Below, piece after piece: positions 7,941-16,075 of a stretch of 16,793 bases of DNA. Position 1 is the first letter of the stretch. Each line of letters starts with the position of its first letter. The notes below the pieces were generated by a model. That model made no database searches and was not told the origin of the DNA. It saw nothing but the letters and a program-made list of their open reading frames with translations. Both the position numbers and the translations under genes were made by a program. Location: contig JBDLKA010000080.1 of NCBI GenBank assembly GCA_039714075.1, positions 1-16,793 of the forward strand, in the 5' to 3' direction. This stretch comes from Candidatus Krumholzibacteriota bacterium (GTDB lineage: Bacteria > Krumholzibacteriota > Krumholzibacteriia > LZORAL124-64-63).

Positions 7941-7969
7941 TTTACAGTTTTGGCAATATTGCCTACAAT
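7941..7969 (+). promoter_or_regulatory. Sigma70 promoter with a 12-bp palindromic operator in the spacer
   Basis: TTTACA (7941-7946), 17-nt spacer, TACAAT (7964-7969). The perfect palindrome GGCAATATTGCC (7952-7963) abuts the -10. Lies within an AT-rich intergenic stretch. Confidence 0.6.
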
Positions 7970-8052
7970 TTCCTTTGGATCGCCCAACATTATATATTTT
8001 TGCGCGGAATGAAAAAAGTGGTTCGGCATGAACCTATGGGTGGAGGAGTGCA

Positions 8053-8769
8053 GTGTTGCACCTTGGTATTGAATCCCCCGAAAACGGTGAGAATTTTACC
8101 GTTCTTTTGAAGGCCGCCCGGCCGGAGGGCCCGTTGCCGGGTTGTCCTCCCTACGGCCTGGACCGGATATTCCGACGTCACCGCCAACATGTCCGCGCCC
8201 GCCGCAAACGAAGGATGGCCATTGCCGCCGTCCTTGTCCTGATGATTCCCGTCCTGACCATGACCGACGTGGTCAGCGCCCTCTTGAAGCTGATCGAGCT
8301 GAAGGGATCCGAAGAGATCGGCCGTGTTTTCAAGGTCGCCGACGGCAACCTGAAATTCAACGTGCTGGGCGATCACACCGACGAGGAGATCATGGAATTC
8401 GGGCAGCAATTGTTGGCCGAAGAAGGTGAAGTGACCGATGCGATCGGCTTTATCGTCAACGGCGAACCCTACTGGATGATCATCAGTCGCTACACGGCCC
8501 TGGGGGGAGTCGAGAACGTCGGGCGGAGATCCCGCGACCCGGCCTGTGAAATCACCCCTGCGTATCGGGATTTTGTCCTCAACGACTGGGATGGTTACCT
8601 CGCCCGGATCGAAGCAGGAGAACTGGACCCGGTCGGCTCCGAGACGGTGGTGTTGGAAGGCGATTCATTCCGGATGCAGGTCTGGGAACTGGACCATCCT
8701 GAATACGGGACCATCAGGTATTTTGCCGGCGATGTGGTCACGGAAGAAAAATCCGGCCAAGACGATTGA
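8053..8769 (+). CDS. Hypothetical single-pass membrane protein
   Basis: GTG start with GGAGGA RBS; 238 aa. Arg-rich segment RRHRQHVRARRKRR is followed by hydrophobic MAIAAVLVLMIPVLTM and then an acidic extracytoplasmic domain. No family recognised. Confidence 0.7.
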   Translation: MLHLGIESPENGENFTVLLKAARPEGPLPGCPPYGLDRIFRRHRQHVRARRKRRMAIAAVLVLMIPVLTMTDVVSALLKLIELKGSEEIGRVFKVADGNLKFNVLGDHTDEEIMEFGQQLLAEEGEVTDAIGFIVNGEPYWMIISRYTALGGVENVGRRSRDPACEITPAYRDFVLNDWDGYLARIEAGELDPVGSETVVLEGDSFRMQVWELDHPEYGTIRYFAGDVVTEEKSGQDD

Positions 8770-8792
8770 ACCCCTGCCACGGATATTTTAAA

Positions 8793-9398
8793 TCAGCGTA
8801 AAGTCGATTCGATTTCCCGCGCAGTCTCTTCGTCGAAGGGTCCGCCGCGTTCCCGCAACTTTTCCACGAACAACCGCCGCAGTGTCTCGGGCTCGTTCTG
8901 ACCAAACTTGATTTTCCCGGTCCAGATGTCGGGTGTGACCCGGAACACGCCCACGTTTTCCAGCGCTTTGGCGTAACGCGGCACCGAGGGATCGATGGGG
9001 TCGAAGCCTCCCTCGGGCTGGTGCTTGGCCATCAGGGCCGCCAGCCCGCGGGTCTTTTCCCGCGGATCGATCACGGCCTCACAGGTCCCCTTGATTTCAA
9101 TGGATTTGAAAAACTGGGTGGCCGGGCAGGCGAACCGCGGGGCCGACCAGTGGGAAGGGATATAGCTGTAGGGTTTGACGATGGTGAAGCCCGCCCGGGC
9201 AGAGGATCCGATCAGCTCGGATTTCTCCCCCTCCCGGGCGCCGTGGAAGTAGATGGTCTGGCCGACCGCGGCGAAGTTCAGCGCGATGGCGCGCGGATAT
9301 CCCGCCGCGGTCACCAGGGACAGGTAGCCGACGTCACAGGTTTCCACCAGGTCGCGGAACAGTTCCCGGTCGGTGGACTCGAGCTCGGCCCGCCTCAC
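8793..9398 (-). CDS. Pyridoxamine 5'-phosphate oxidase-like flavin-nucleotide-binding protein (NimA/NimC family)
   Basis: 201 aa with MRRAE..., GYLSL...YPRAIALNF...IYFHGAREGEK, ATQFFKSI and WTGKIKFGQN, the typical Pyridox_ox_2 pattern. GTG start 4 nt after the lipoprotein stop. Confidence 0.8.
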   Translation of the reverse strand: MRRAELESTDRELFRDLVETCDVGYLSLVTAAGYPRAIALNFAAVGQTIYFHGAREGEKSELIGSSARAGFTIVKPYSYIPSHWSAPRFACPATQFFKSIEIKGTCEAVIDPREKTRGLAALMAKHQPEGGFDPIDPSVPRYAKALENVGVFRVTPDIWTGKIKFGQNEPETLRRLFVEKLRERGGPFDEETAREIESTLR

Positions 9399-9402
9399 GG
9401 TG

Positions 9403-10194
9403 CTATTCCTTCAAAGGCTTGATGTCCAGTCCCTTGCTGGAAAACGTGATCACCGGCTCGGCCTGGTTGCCTTGTTGGCTCATCATGTTGGAGGCGTTGA
9501 TCTCCCAGATGGAGGTGTTGCCTTCCACCGTGGGGGCATTGGATTCGATGACCTCGCCCGGCACGGTGATGGCGAACCTGATGTCCAGTTCGGCCATGGC
9601 GCCCATGAGCTTGCCCATGAGGGCCATCTGTTTCTGGGCTTTTTCCTCTTCGGTCATTCCTGAAGTTTCGGAGCTTTCCCCGCCGTCGGTCCCGGGCGCG
9701 GTTTCGATTTCTTCCATCTCTTCGATTTCCTCGGGGGGGAAATCGTAACGGGTCGATTTCAGGATGAAGTTGCCGTCGGGGGCCTCGAAGATGCCGAATC
9801 CGCCTCCGGTTTCCGCACCCATGGAGCTGCCCAGGACGTAGGACAGGCCTTTGAGATCCTCGAACTCCAGGAGAATGTCCAGCTGTTCGCGGCCATCGAC
9901 CAAGCCCTTGTCGAACTTCTTGACCGTGACGCCGTGGTCTTCGGCGGCCTTGGTGAAGTCATCCTTGTCGATGTCGTCGAACATGGACATGTCCATATCC
10001 ATTCCCTGTTCCTCGTCCATGTCCAGTTCCTTCATCTCCTCCATGATCTCGGCCCCGGTGGGGCTCATGGACATGGTAAGGCTGGCGGTGCCGGATCCGT
10101 CCTTATCGATAATGGTGTCGGTGTGCATCTTGACGCAGCCGGTCAGGCTCAGGGCGGTCAGGGCGACTATGGCCAAAATGGCGAGCTTCTTCAT
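9403..10194 (-). CDS. Acidic, Met-rich lipoprotein (possibly LppM/DUF3153-like)
   Basis: MKKLAILAIVALTALSLTGC lipobox (Cys20) and GGAGG RBS. GCVKMHTDTIIDKDGSG and ITVPGEVIESNA...GNTSIW resemble LppM-like lipoproteins; the family call is tentative. Confidence 0.75.
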   Translation of the reverse strand: MKKLAILAIVALTALSLTGCVKMHTDTIIDKDGSGTASLTMSMSPTGAEIMEEMKELDMDEEQGMDMDMSMFDDIDKDDFTKAAEDHGVTVKKFDKGLVDGREQLDILLEFEDLKGLSYVLGSSMGAETGGGFGIFEAPDGNFILKSTRYDFPPEEIEEMEEIETAPGTDGGESSETSGMTEEEKAQKQMALMGKLMGAMAELDIRFAITVPGEVIESNAPTVEGNTSIWEINASNMMSQQGNQAEPVITFSSKGLDIKPLKE

Positions 10195-10280
10195 GATCCC
10201 TCCGGGTTCTCTGGGGTTCTCTTCAAGTCATCCAAAATGATGGGACCCGGTTTCTCCCGGGTTGCCGTGTCGAGGATTTC

Positions 10281-10309
10281 ATGCTACTCAATGGAGGCCT
10301 TCAAGACAA
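10281..10309 (-). promoter_or_regulatory. Putative sigma70 promoter for the lipoprotein-nimA-like pair
   Basis: Minus strand TTGTCT (10309-10304), 17-nt spacer, TAGCAT (10286-10281). Confidence 0.45.
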
Positions 10310-10362
10310 CCCTTGCTCTCATTTGAATCTATTCCGACCCGGGAACGGCAGGAGAAAATACG

Positions 10363-11724
10363 ATGTCATCCGACCAGTCCAAGCCCCCTTGCTTCAAGGC
10401 CTACGACATCAGGGGTACGGTTCCGGCCGAGTTGAACAACGATCTGGCCTATCGGATCGGCCTGGCGACCGTGGCATTCCTCGGGGCCCGCAGAATGGTC
10501 GTGGGCCGGGACTGCCGGTTGAGCAGCGCCGAATTGTGCGCGGCCCTGGTCCGGGGGCTGACCGATGCCGGGGCCGATGTCCTGGATATCGGCCTGTGCG
10601 GAACCGAGATGGTCTACTACACCACCTTCGCCCGCGAACTGGACGGCGGCATCATGGTGACGGCCAGTCATAATCCCATGGACCACAACGGGATGAAGCT
10701 GGTCAGGGACGAGGCCAAACCCATCAGCGGGGACAGTGGGCTGGACACCATCGGCGCCGCCGCGCTGAACGGAGATCTGCGCCCGGCCGACCGGAAGGGG
10801 AATGTCACCACCGAAGACATCCTGAAAGAATACGTGGCGTACCTGGTGAAGCAGGTCGATCCGGACCGGTTCAAGCCGCTGAAAATCGTGGCCAACGCCG
10901 GCAACGGCTGCGCGGGTCCCGCCGTGGCGGCGCTGGCGGAACATCTGCCCTGTGACATCATACCCGTCTTCGACCAGCCCGACGGCAACTTTCCCAACGG
11001 GATCCCGAACCCGCTTCTGCCCGAGAACCGCGGCGTGACCGCCGAAGCGGTGCGCAAACACGGCGCCGACCTGGGCCTGGCCTGGGACGGTGATTTCGAC
11101 CGCTGCTTCTTCTTCGACGCCAAGGGTGACTTCATCGAGGGCTACTATCTGGTGGGGCTGCTGGCGGCGGCGAGTCTGCGCGATCATCCGGGCGCCGGCA
11201 TCGTTCACGATCCGCGGCTGACCTGGAACACCATCGACATGGTGGCCAAGGCGGGGGGGCGGCCGGTGATGAACAAGACCGGCCACGCCTTCATGAAGGA
11301 ACGCATGCGCGCCGAGGACGCGGTCTACGGCGGCGAGATGTCGGCCCATCATTATTTCCGGCAGTTCGCCTACTGCGACAGCGGCATGCTGCCCTGGCTG
11401 CTGGTGGTGCAGGAGATGTCGGAATCGGGCCGGTCCCTGGCCGACCTGGTCAAGGTCATGCAGGAGGCCTACCCCGCCAGCGGGGAGATCAACCGCCGGC
11501 TGCGGGATCCGGAGGCCGCCCTGGCCGAAATCGAAAAAATATATGGTGGCGCGGCTGTCGGCATCGATCGCACCGACGGAGTGTCCCTGGACATGGGCTC
11601 CTGGCGCTTCAACCTGCGTAAAAGCAACACCGAACCGGTGATACGGCTGAACGTGGAATCACGAGGAAATCGCCCTCTCATGGAGGAGAAAACCGCCGAA
11701 ATCCTGCAAATTCTTGATCAATAG
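10363..11724 (+). CDS. manB: Phosphomannomutase / phosphoglucomutase (CpsG/ManB type)
   Basis: 453 aa with FKAYDIRG, catalytic TASHNP, metal loop DGDFDR, sugar loop GEMSAH, and RKSNTEPVIRLNVE. AGGAG RBS. Confidence 0.93.
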   Translation: MSSDQSKPPCFKAYDIRGTVPAELNNDLAYRIGLATVAFLGARRMVVGRDCRLSSAELCAALVRGLTDAGADVLDIGLCGTEMVYYTTFARELDGGIMVTASHNPMDHNGMKLVRDEAKPISGDSGLDTIGAAALNGDLRPADRKGNVTTEDILKEYVAYLVKQVDPDRFKPLKIVANAGNGCAGPAVAALAEHLPCDIIPVFDQPDGNFPNGIPNPLLPENRGVTAEAVRKHGADLGLAWDGDFDRCFFFDAKGDFIEGYYLVGLLAAASLRDHPGAGIVHDPRLTWNTIDMVAKAGGRPVMNKTGHAFMKERMRAEDAVYGGEMSAHHYFRQFAYCDSGMLPWLLVVQEMSESGRSLADLVKVMQEAYPASGEINRRLRDPEAALAEIEKIYGGAAVGIDRTDGVSLDMGSWRFNLRKSNTEPVIRLNVESRGNRPLMEEKTAEILQILDQ

Positions 11725-11734
11725 TTAATAATTG

Positions 11735-11762
11735 TTGCAACCATCGGCCTCTAATCTACATT
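11735..11762 (+). promoter_or_regulatory. Possible sigma70 promoter for the 590-aa hypothetical gene
   Basis: TTGCAA (11735-11740), 16-nt spacer, TACATT (11757-11762), preceded by an AT-rich stretch. Confidence 0.35.
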
Positions 11763-11805
11763 GAAAGCAGAAATCAGCGGCCTCCAGTGCAAGGATGACG
11801 ATGCC

Positions 11806-13578
11806 GTGAGCCATCCATTGATCAATCCAGTCCACAAATTCTATATCCCGGTCATGGGGACGGGGTTCACCATCGATACGCCCGTCAAGGTGGCGCGTTA
11901 TGGTATTTCGTCGGTGATCTCCCTGGTGGACGACACCCTCATCGAACAGATGCGCAAGCGCCTGAGCGGCAAGTCCGGTCGTGAGTACGTGGAGATCCCC
12001 GACTCGGATGAGGATTCGCGCGCCAGCCGGATCACCTCGTACCTGAACATGATGGACGAGATGATCGAAGGGCAGATGGAAAAACTGCGGGGCTCGCTGT
12101 TCGAGGCCGGCAGCGAGATCACGCGCTATTTCGAGATGCTGCCCGAGTCACCCTTGAAGTCCATGTACGACAAGATGCAGACGGTGCGTGATCCCGCCGA
12201 AAGGGCCCGCCTGCAGAAGCAGTTGCGCGAGCGGATCATCTCCGGCGCCATCGACGTCAACATCATGACCAAGCTCGACCGCGACCGCATGAGCAAGGGC
12301 CAATTGCTGCCGCCGGTTTTTTCCGACGCCATGAGCGCCCTGCGCGGGTACGCCAACAGCCGGGTGAAATCCTCGCTCATCCTGTCGGCCGGGATGAACC
12401 GCCGCCTGTTCAACTACCTGACCGAGTTCACCGACTTCTTCCCCGACGACACCGGCGAGATCCGCAAACGCATCATCCTGAAGGTGGGGGATTTCCGCTC
12501 GGCCCTGGTTCAGGGCAAGCTGCTGGCCCGCAAGGGATTGTGGGTTTCCGAGTACCGGATCGAATCGGGACTGAACTGCGGCGGCCACGCTTTCGGAGGC
12601 AAGGGCACGCTGCTGGGACCGGTCCTGGAGGAGTTCGCCCAGAAGCGCGAGGGCCTGGCCGAGCAGCTGGGCGAGATCTGGGCGGCGTCCATGCAGGAAA
12701 TGGGACGGGCGATTCCCGAAGCGAAGATGGATTTCCGCGTCACGGTCCAGGGCGGCATCGGCACGTCCGAGGAAACCCGGATGCTCGAAGAGGAATACAA
12801 GGTGGACGGCACGGGCTGGGGCAGCCCCTTCCTGCTGGTGCCCGAAGTGATCAACATCGACGAGAGCCACCTGGAAAAGATCAGCGTGGCCCGCGAGGAT
12901 GATGTCCACCTCAGCGACTCGTCGCCTCTGGGCGTGCCGTTCTGGTGTCTGAAGACCTCGCTCAGCGAGGAGACCCGTCTCGAGCGCATCGCCGAGGGCC
13001 ACCCGGGCAGCGAGTGCCCCAAGGGCTTCCTGGTCTCGAACACCGAATTCACCAAGGTGCCCATCTGCACCGCCAGCCGCGCCTACCAGCGGCGCAAGCT
13101 CATCTCCCTGGGCGGCGATCCCGACCTGCTGCCCGACCTGGCCGAAGACGTGGTCATCAAGGCCTGCATCTGCCACGACCTGGCCGGTTCCGCGACGGTG
13201 CCCAACGAGATCGATCCCGCCGCCAAGACCGCCGTCTGCTGCGGACCCAACACGGTTTATTTCTCCCGGGTGGCCAAGCTGCGGGAAATGGTCGACCACA
13301 TCTACGGCCGGGCCAGCCTGCCGCTGAACTCCGAACGTCCGCACATGTTCCTCAAGGAGATCTCCCTGCATCTGGATCGCCTGAAAAGGGACATCGATCG
13401 GCGCCGCAAGGGATTGGTGGAAGTGAAGAACATGCCTTCGGAAGAGATCCGGACCAACCTCATGAAAGGGATCCGGCAGTACCGCGACCTGGCTTCCCAG
13501 ATGGCTTCCGATTCGAAGGACGCCTTCCTGTCGAAACTGGACAGCCTGCGCGGGGATCTGGACAAGATCAAAGACTGA
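11806..13578 (+). CDS. Uncharacterised protein, probable FMN-linked TIM-barrel oxidoreductase-like fold with a Cys-rich C-terminal part
   Basis: Strong host-like GC3 codon bias. GTG 11806 with AAGGA RBS gives 590 aa; the ORF-track TTG at 11761 overlaps the putative -10. Motifs ILSAG, ESGLNCGGHAF, VQGGIGT and GWGSPFL, plus CPKGF, ICTASR, CICHDL and CCGPN. Confidence 0.75.
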   Translation: MSHPLINPVHKFYIPVMGTGFTIDTPVKVARYGISSVISLVDDTLIEQMRKRLSGKSGREYVEIPDSDEDSRASRITSYLNMMDEMIEGQMEKLRGSLFEAGSEITRYFEMLPESPLKSMYDKMQTVRDPAERARLQKQLRERIISGAIDVNIMTKLDRDRMSKGQLLPPVFSDAMSALRGYANSRVKSSLILSAGMNRRLFNYLTEFTDFFPDDTGEIRKRIILKVGDFRSALVQGKLLARKGLWVSEYRIESGLNCGGHAFGGKGTLLGPVLEEFAQKREGLAEQLGEIWAASMQEMGRAIPEAKMDFRVTVQGGIGTSEETRMLEEEYKVDGTGWGSPFLLVPEVINIDESHLEKISVAREDDVHLSDSSPLGVPFWCLKTSLSEETRLERIAEGHPGSECPKGFLVSNTEFTKVPICTASRAYQRRKLISLGGDPDLLPDLAEDVVIKACICHDLAGSATVPNEIDPAAKTAVCCGPNTVYFSRVAKLREMVDHIYGRASLPLNSERPHMFLKEISLHLDRLKRDIDRRRKGLVEVKNMPSEEIRTNLMKGIRQYRDLASQMASDSKDAFLSKLDSLRGDLDKIKD

Positions 13579-15469
13579 TCGAAGGATCCGGCAGCAGCGT
13601 CTCGGGTGGATGGAGGGGGACTTCCACCACGAAACGGGACCAGTGTCCGGGTTCGCTGGCCACCCTGACCGTTCCTCCCAACCGGTACAGAATGTCGTGC
13701 ACGATGGAGAGCCCCAGACCGGTGCCCTGCCCCGCGGGTTTGGTGGTGTGGAACAGGTTGAAGATCTTTTCCTGATCCTCCGGCGGTATGCCCACCCCGT
13801 TGTCCTGGATGGTGACCAGGATGCGCCGGGAATCGATATTGGTCATGATTTCCAGGATGCCCGGCCGCGAGGGCGCTTCGTGCATGGCGTCGAGGGCGTT
13901 TTTCATGAGGTTCACGAATACCTGCTGCAGCAGCATGGGGTCGGAAGTGAATTCCGGTATGCCCTCGGCGTAGAGCCGGACGATCTCGGTTTGCGAACGC
14001 CGGATTTCGGTCCCCAGGACACCGAGGCATTCCTCCAGCAGTTCCTCGATGTCCACGTTCGCCATGCCCGAATGCTGGGTGCGCACGAACCCCAGCAGGC
14101 TGTGGGTGATGGCGGTCACCCGGCGAACCTGGTGGTGCAGCCGGTCCATGGCCTTGCCCAGCACCTTTTTGGTTTCCGGCTTGAGCGCATCGCCCTCGTC
14201 TTCCAGGGTTTCCTCGACCAGTCCGGCAATCGTGTCGATCACCGCCAGGGGATTGTTGATCTCGTGGGCCACGCCCGAGGCCATCTGCCCGACGGCCGCC
14301 AGGCGTTCGGAGCGGATCAGGTCGTTCTTCAGGCGCAGGCGCGTGGTCAGGTCGCGGCACAGGCAGACCACTTCCAGGGGCTTGCCGTCGGGTCCGTCGA
14401 TCAGGGTCAGGCTGACGTTGCAGATCACCGGACGCCGTTCCTTGCTGCGAAACTCGGCCTCGTAGCTGGAGGCGTGACCTTCGCGCATGGTCTCGGAAAA
14501 CAATTTCTCGAAATTTCCGGGGATGGCGCACAGCTGGTGGGCCTGGGTGCCGACCACTTCGTCCCGCGTGTATCCCAGGGCGGCTTCGGCGCCGCTGTTG
14601 AAGGTCAGGATGTTGCCCCGGGGATCGGTCAGGAAAATGATGTCCCGGCTGTTCTCCAGGACCTCGCGCAGGTACTTCTGGGTTTCGTTGAGCTGCTCGT
14701 CGACCTGGTGGAGTTTCTGCTCGCTCTCGAAAAGTTCCGTCGTGTCCTCGATCAGGCCGTACAGGCCTTCCACCCGTCCGTTCTCTATGACGGGAAACAG
14801 GGTGACCTGCACGTGCATCATCTGGTTCTGGACCGGCAACACGCCGGTGGCGTGCAGGGTGCGGCGGCTGTTCAGGGTTTCCTGTTCCACCTTCTGCAGC
14901 CAGCGCGCCCCGCCTTCGGGGAAAACGGAGCTGTCCCGCTTGCCGACGACCTCGGCTTCGCGGACGCCCAGAACCCGTTGGGCGTGATTGTTGATCTTCC
15001 GGTACCGCAGCTCGGTATCCTTGATGTAGATGGAAAGCGGCGCGGTCTCCACGAAAATATTCAGCCGCAGCCGCGTTTCCTTCAGGCGCCGGCTGTCCGC
15101 GCGCAGGGCCCGGTTGTCCTCGGCCAGGCGGATGGCGCCCTGGATGATCTTGTGGGCCTCGGGACCCAGGACGGGAATGTGGGGGAACAGACCGGTGCGC
15201 AGGGCGGCGGCCACGTCGTTGTTTTCCGAGCCGAGGATCACCAGGTCCAGGTCGTCGCGGGTCAGGATGTCGCCTATGTCGGTGGAAATCCGCTTGAGGC
15301 CCGATTCCTTGAAGAGTTCGAGGTCGGGGCTGTCGGGTCCGGGATCGAGATCGACCACCGCGACCACCTTCAACCGCAACAGGGGGGAACGCGTCACCAG
15401 CCCGGCGAGCAGGTCGGTCAGTTGGCGGCCTTCGGCGACCAGGGCGGTGTTAATCCTGTTCGTACTCAC
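13568..15469 (-). CDS. Cytoplasmic PAS-PAS sensor histidine kinase (NtrB-like HisKA/HATPase) with a degenerate Rossmann-like N-terminal domain
   Basis: H-box AHEINNPL, N-box QVFVNLMKNALDA, G1 DNGVGI, F-box IFNLFHTTK, G2 GTGLGL. Two PAS domains (FVETAPLSIYIKD... and LENSRDIIFLTD...). No transmembrane helix seen. GTG start; overlaps the convergent gene's end by 11 nt. Confidence 0.92.
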   Translation of the reverse strand: MSTNRINTALVAEGRQLTDLLAGLVTRSPLLRLKVVAVVDLDPGPDSPDLELFKESGLKRISTDIGDILTRDDLDLVILGSENNDVAAALRTGLFPHIPVLGPEAHKIIQGAIRLAEDNRALRADSRRLKETRLRLNIFVETAPLSIYIKDTELRYRKINNHAQRVLGVREAEVVGKRDSSVFPEGGARWLQKVEQETLNSRRTLHATGVLPVQNQMMHVQVTLFPVIENGRVEGLYGLIEDTTELFESEQKLHQVDEQLNETQKYLREVLENSRDIIFLTDPRGNILTFNSGAEAALGYTRDEVVGTQAHQLCAIPGNFEKLFSETMREGHASSYEAEFRSKERRPVICNVSLTLIDGPDGKPLEVVCLCRDLTTRLRLKNDLIRSERLAAVGQMASGVAHEINNPLAVIDTIAGLVEETLEDEGDALKPETKKVLGKAMDRLHHQVRRVTAITHSLLGFVRTQHSGMANVDIEELLEECLGVLGTEIRRSQTEIVRLYAEGIPEFTSDPMLLQQVFVNLMKNALDAMHEAPSRPGILEIMTNIDSRRILVTIQDNGVGIPPEDQEKIFNLFHTTKPAGQGTGLGLSIVHDILYRLGGTVRVASEPGHWSRFVVEVPLHPPETLLPDPSISL

Positions 15470-15950
15470 TGCGCAGTTTTTCGCTCTCTTCGATCAGATC
15501 CCGGGGACTGGTGGTGCCGGTCATCAGTTCGTTCAGTTTGTCCTCGAACTCCTTCTGCATGCGCTGCCGGCGGTGTTCGGCCGCGGTGTGGACAAGGTCG
15601 TGGAGCTCTTCGAAATCATAGGGTTTCAGGATGTAGCGGAAGGCGTGCAGGCGTCCGGCTTCCCAGGCGGAATCGTGGCTGCCGTGGCCGGTCAGCATGA
15701 TCACCTCGATGAAGGGCTGCAGGTTCTTGAGCTGTTCGATGACGGTGATGCCGTCCATGTCGGGCATCTTCAGATCGACCACGGCCACGTCGAATTTCAG
15801 TTCGGAGGCGGCGGAAACGGCTTCGGATCCGCTGAGGGCCATGGTGACATCCAGCCCGCGCTTGCGCAGCCGGTGGGCCAGGAAGGTGACCAGGTCCTCT
15901 TCGTCGTCGGCGATCAGAAGGCGGATGGGTTTGGAACTTTCCTCGGTCAT
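15450..15950 (-). CDS. Response regulator: receiver domain plus short helical tail, no DNA-binding domain
   Basis: LLIADDE, phosphoacceptor in VVDLKMPDMDG, LTGHG and YILKP, followed by a ~40-aa charged C-terminal extension. Overlaps the kinase start by 20 nt. Confidence 0.9.
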   Translation of the reverse strand: MTEESSKPIRLLIADDEEDLVTFLAHRLRKRGLDVTMALSGSEAVSAASELKFDVAVVDLKMPDMDGITVIEQLKNLQPFIEVIMLTGHGSHDSAWEAGRLHAFRYILKPYDFEELHDLVHTAAEHRRQRMQKEFEDKLNELMTGTTSPRDLIEESEKLRSEYEQD

Positions 15951-16039
15951 GAGTCGGATCTTTCACTGAAGGACGTACGCAGATTCGTATTCCCGGTCCC
16001 AGGGTGAATGATCAACCTGAAGGGCGGTGTCTGTCAAGG

Positions 16040-16072
16040 CGCTGGACTTCCACTGGACTTCCGCTGGACCTC
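16040..16072. repeat. Three tandem 11-bp direct repeats C(G/A)CTGGAC(T/C)TC
   Basis: CGCTGGACTTC CACTGGACTTC CGCTGGACCTC, lying between the radical SAM stop and a minus-strand TTGACA (16037-16032). Confidence 0.75.
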
Positions 16073-16075
16073 AGA

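Noticed and set aside
7951..7962. Sigma54 promoter (TGGCA...TTGC)
   Set aside because: GG to GC spacing is 7 nt rather than the required 10. It is better explained as the palindrome inside a sigma70 spacer.
7754..8029. Small ORFs in the AT-rich intergenic region (7830..8012+, 7754..8029-)
   Set aside because: No convincing RBS, atypical codon usage, and they overlap a hairpin and a promoter.
8793..9398. Calling this a metronidazole resistance gene (nim)
   Set aside because: The NimA/PNPOx-like family is broad and motifs alone do not establish a resistance function.
4..15700. Long antisense or alternate-frame ORFs (e.g. 4..1179+, 1424..2227+, 2398..3279-, 3800..5152-, 5139..6242-, 10366..11352-, 12148..13371-, 13302..14531-, 13610..15700+)
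   Set aside because: They shadow well-supported genes, show no recognisable motifs, and are expected from stop-codon scarcity in GC-rich coding DNA.
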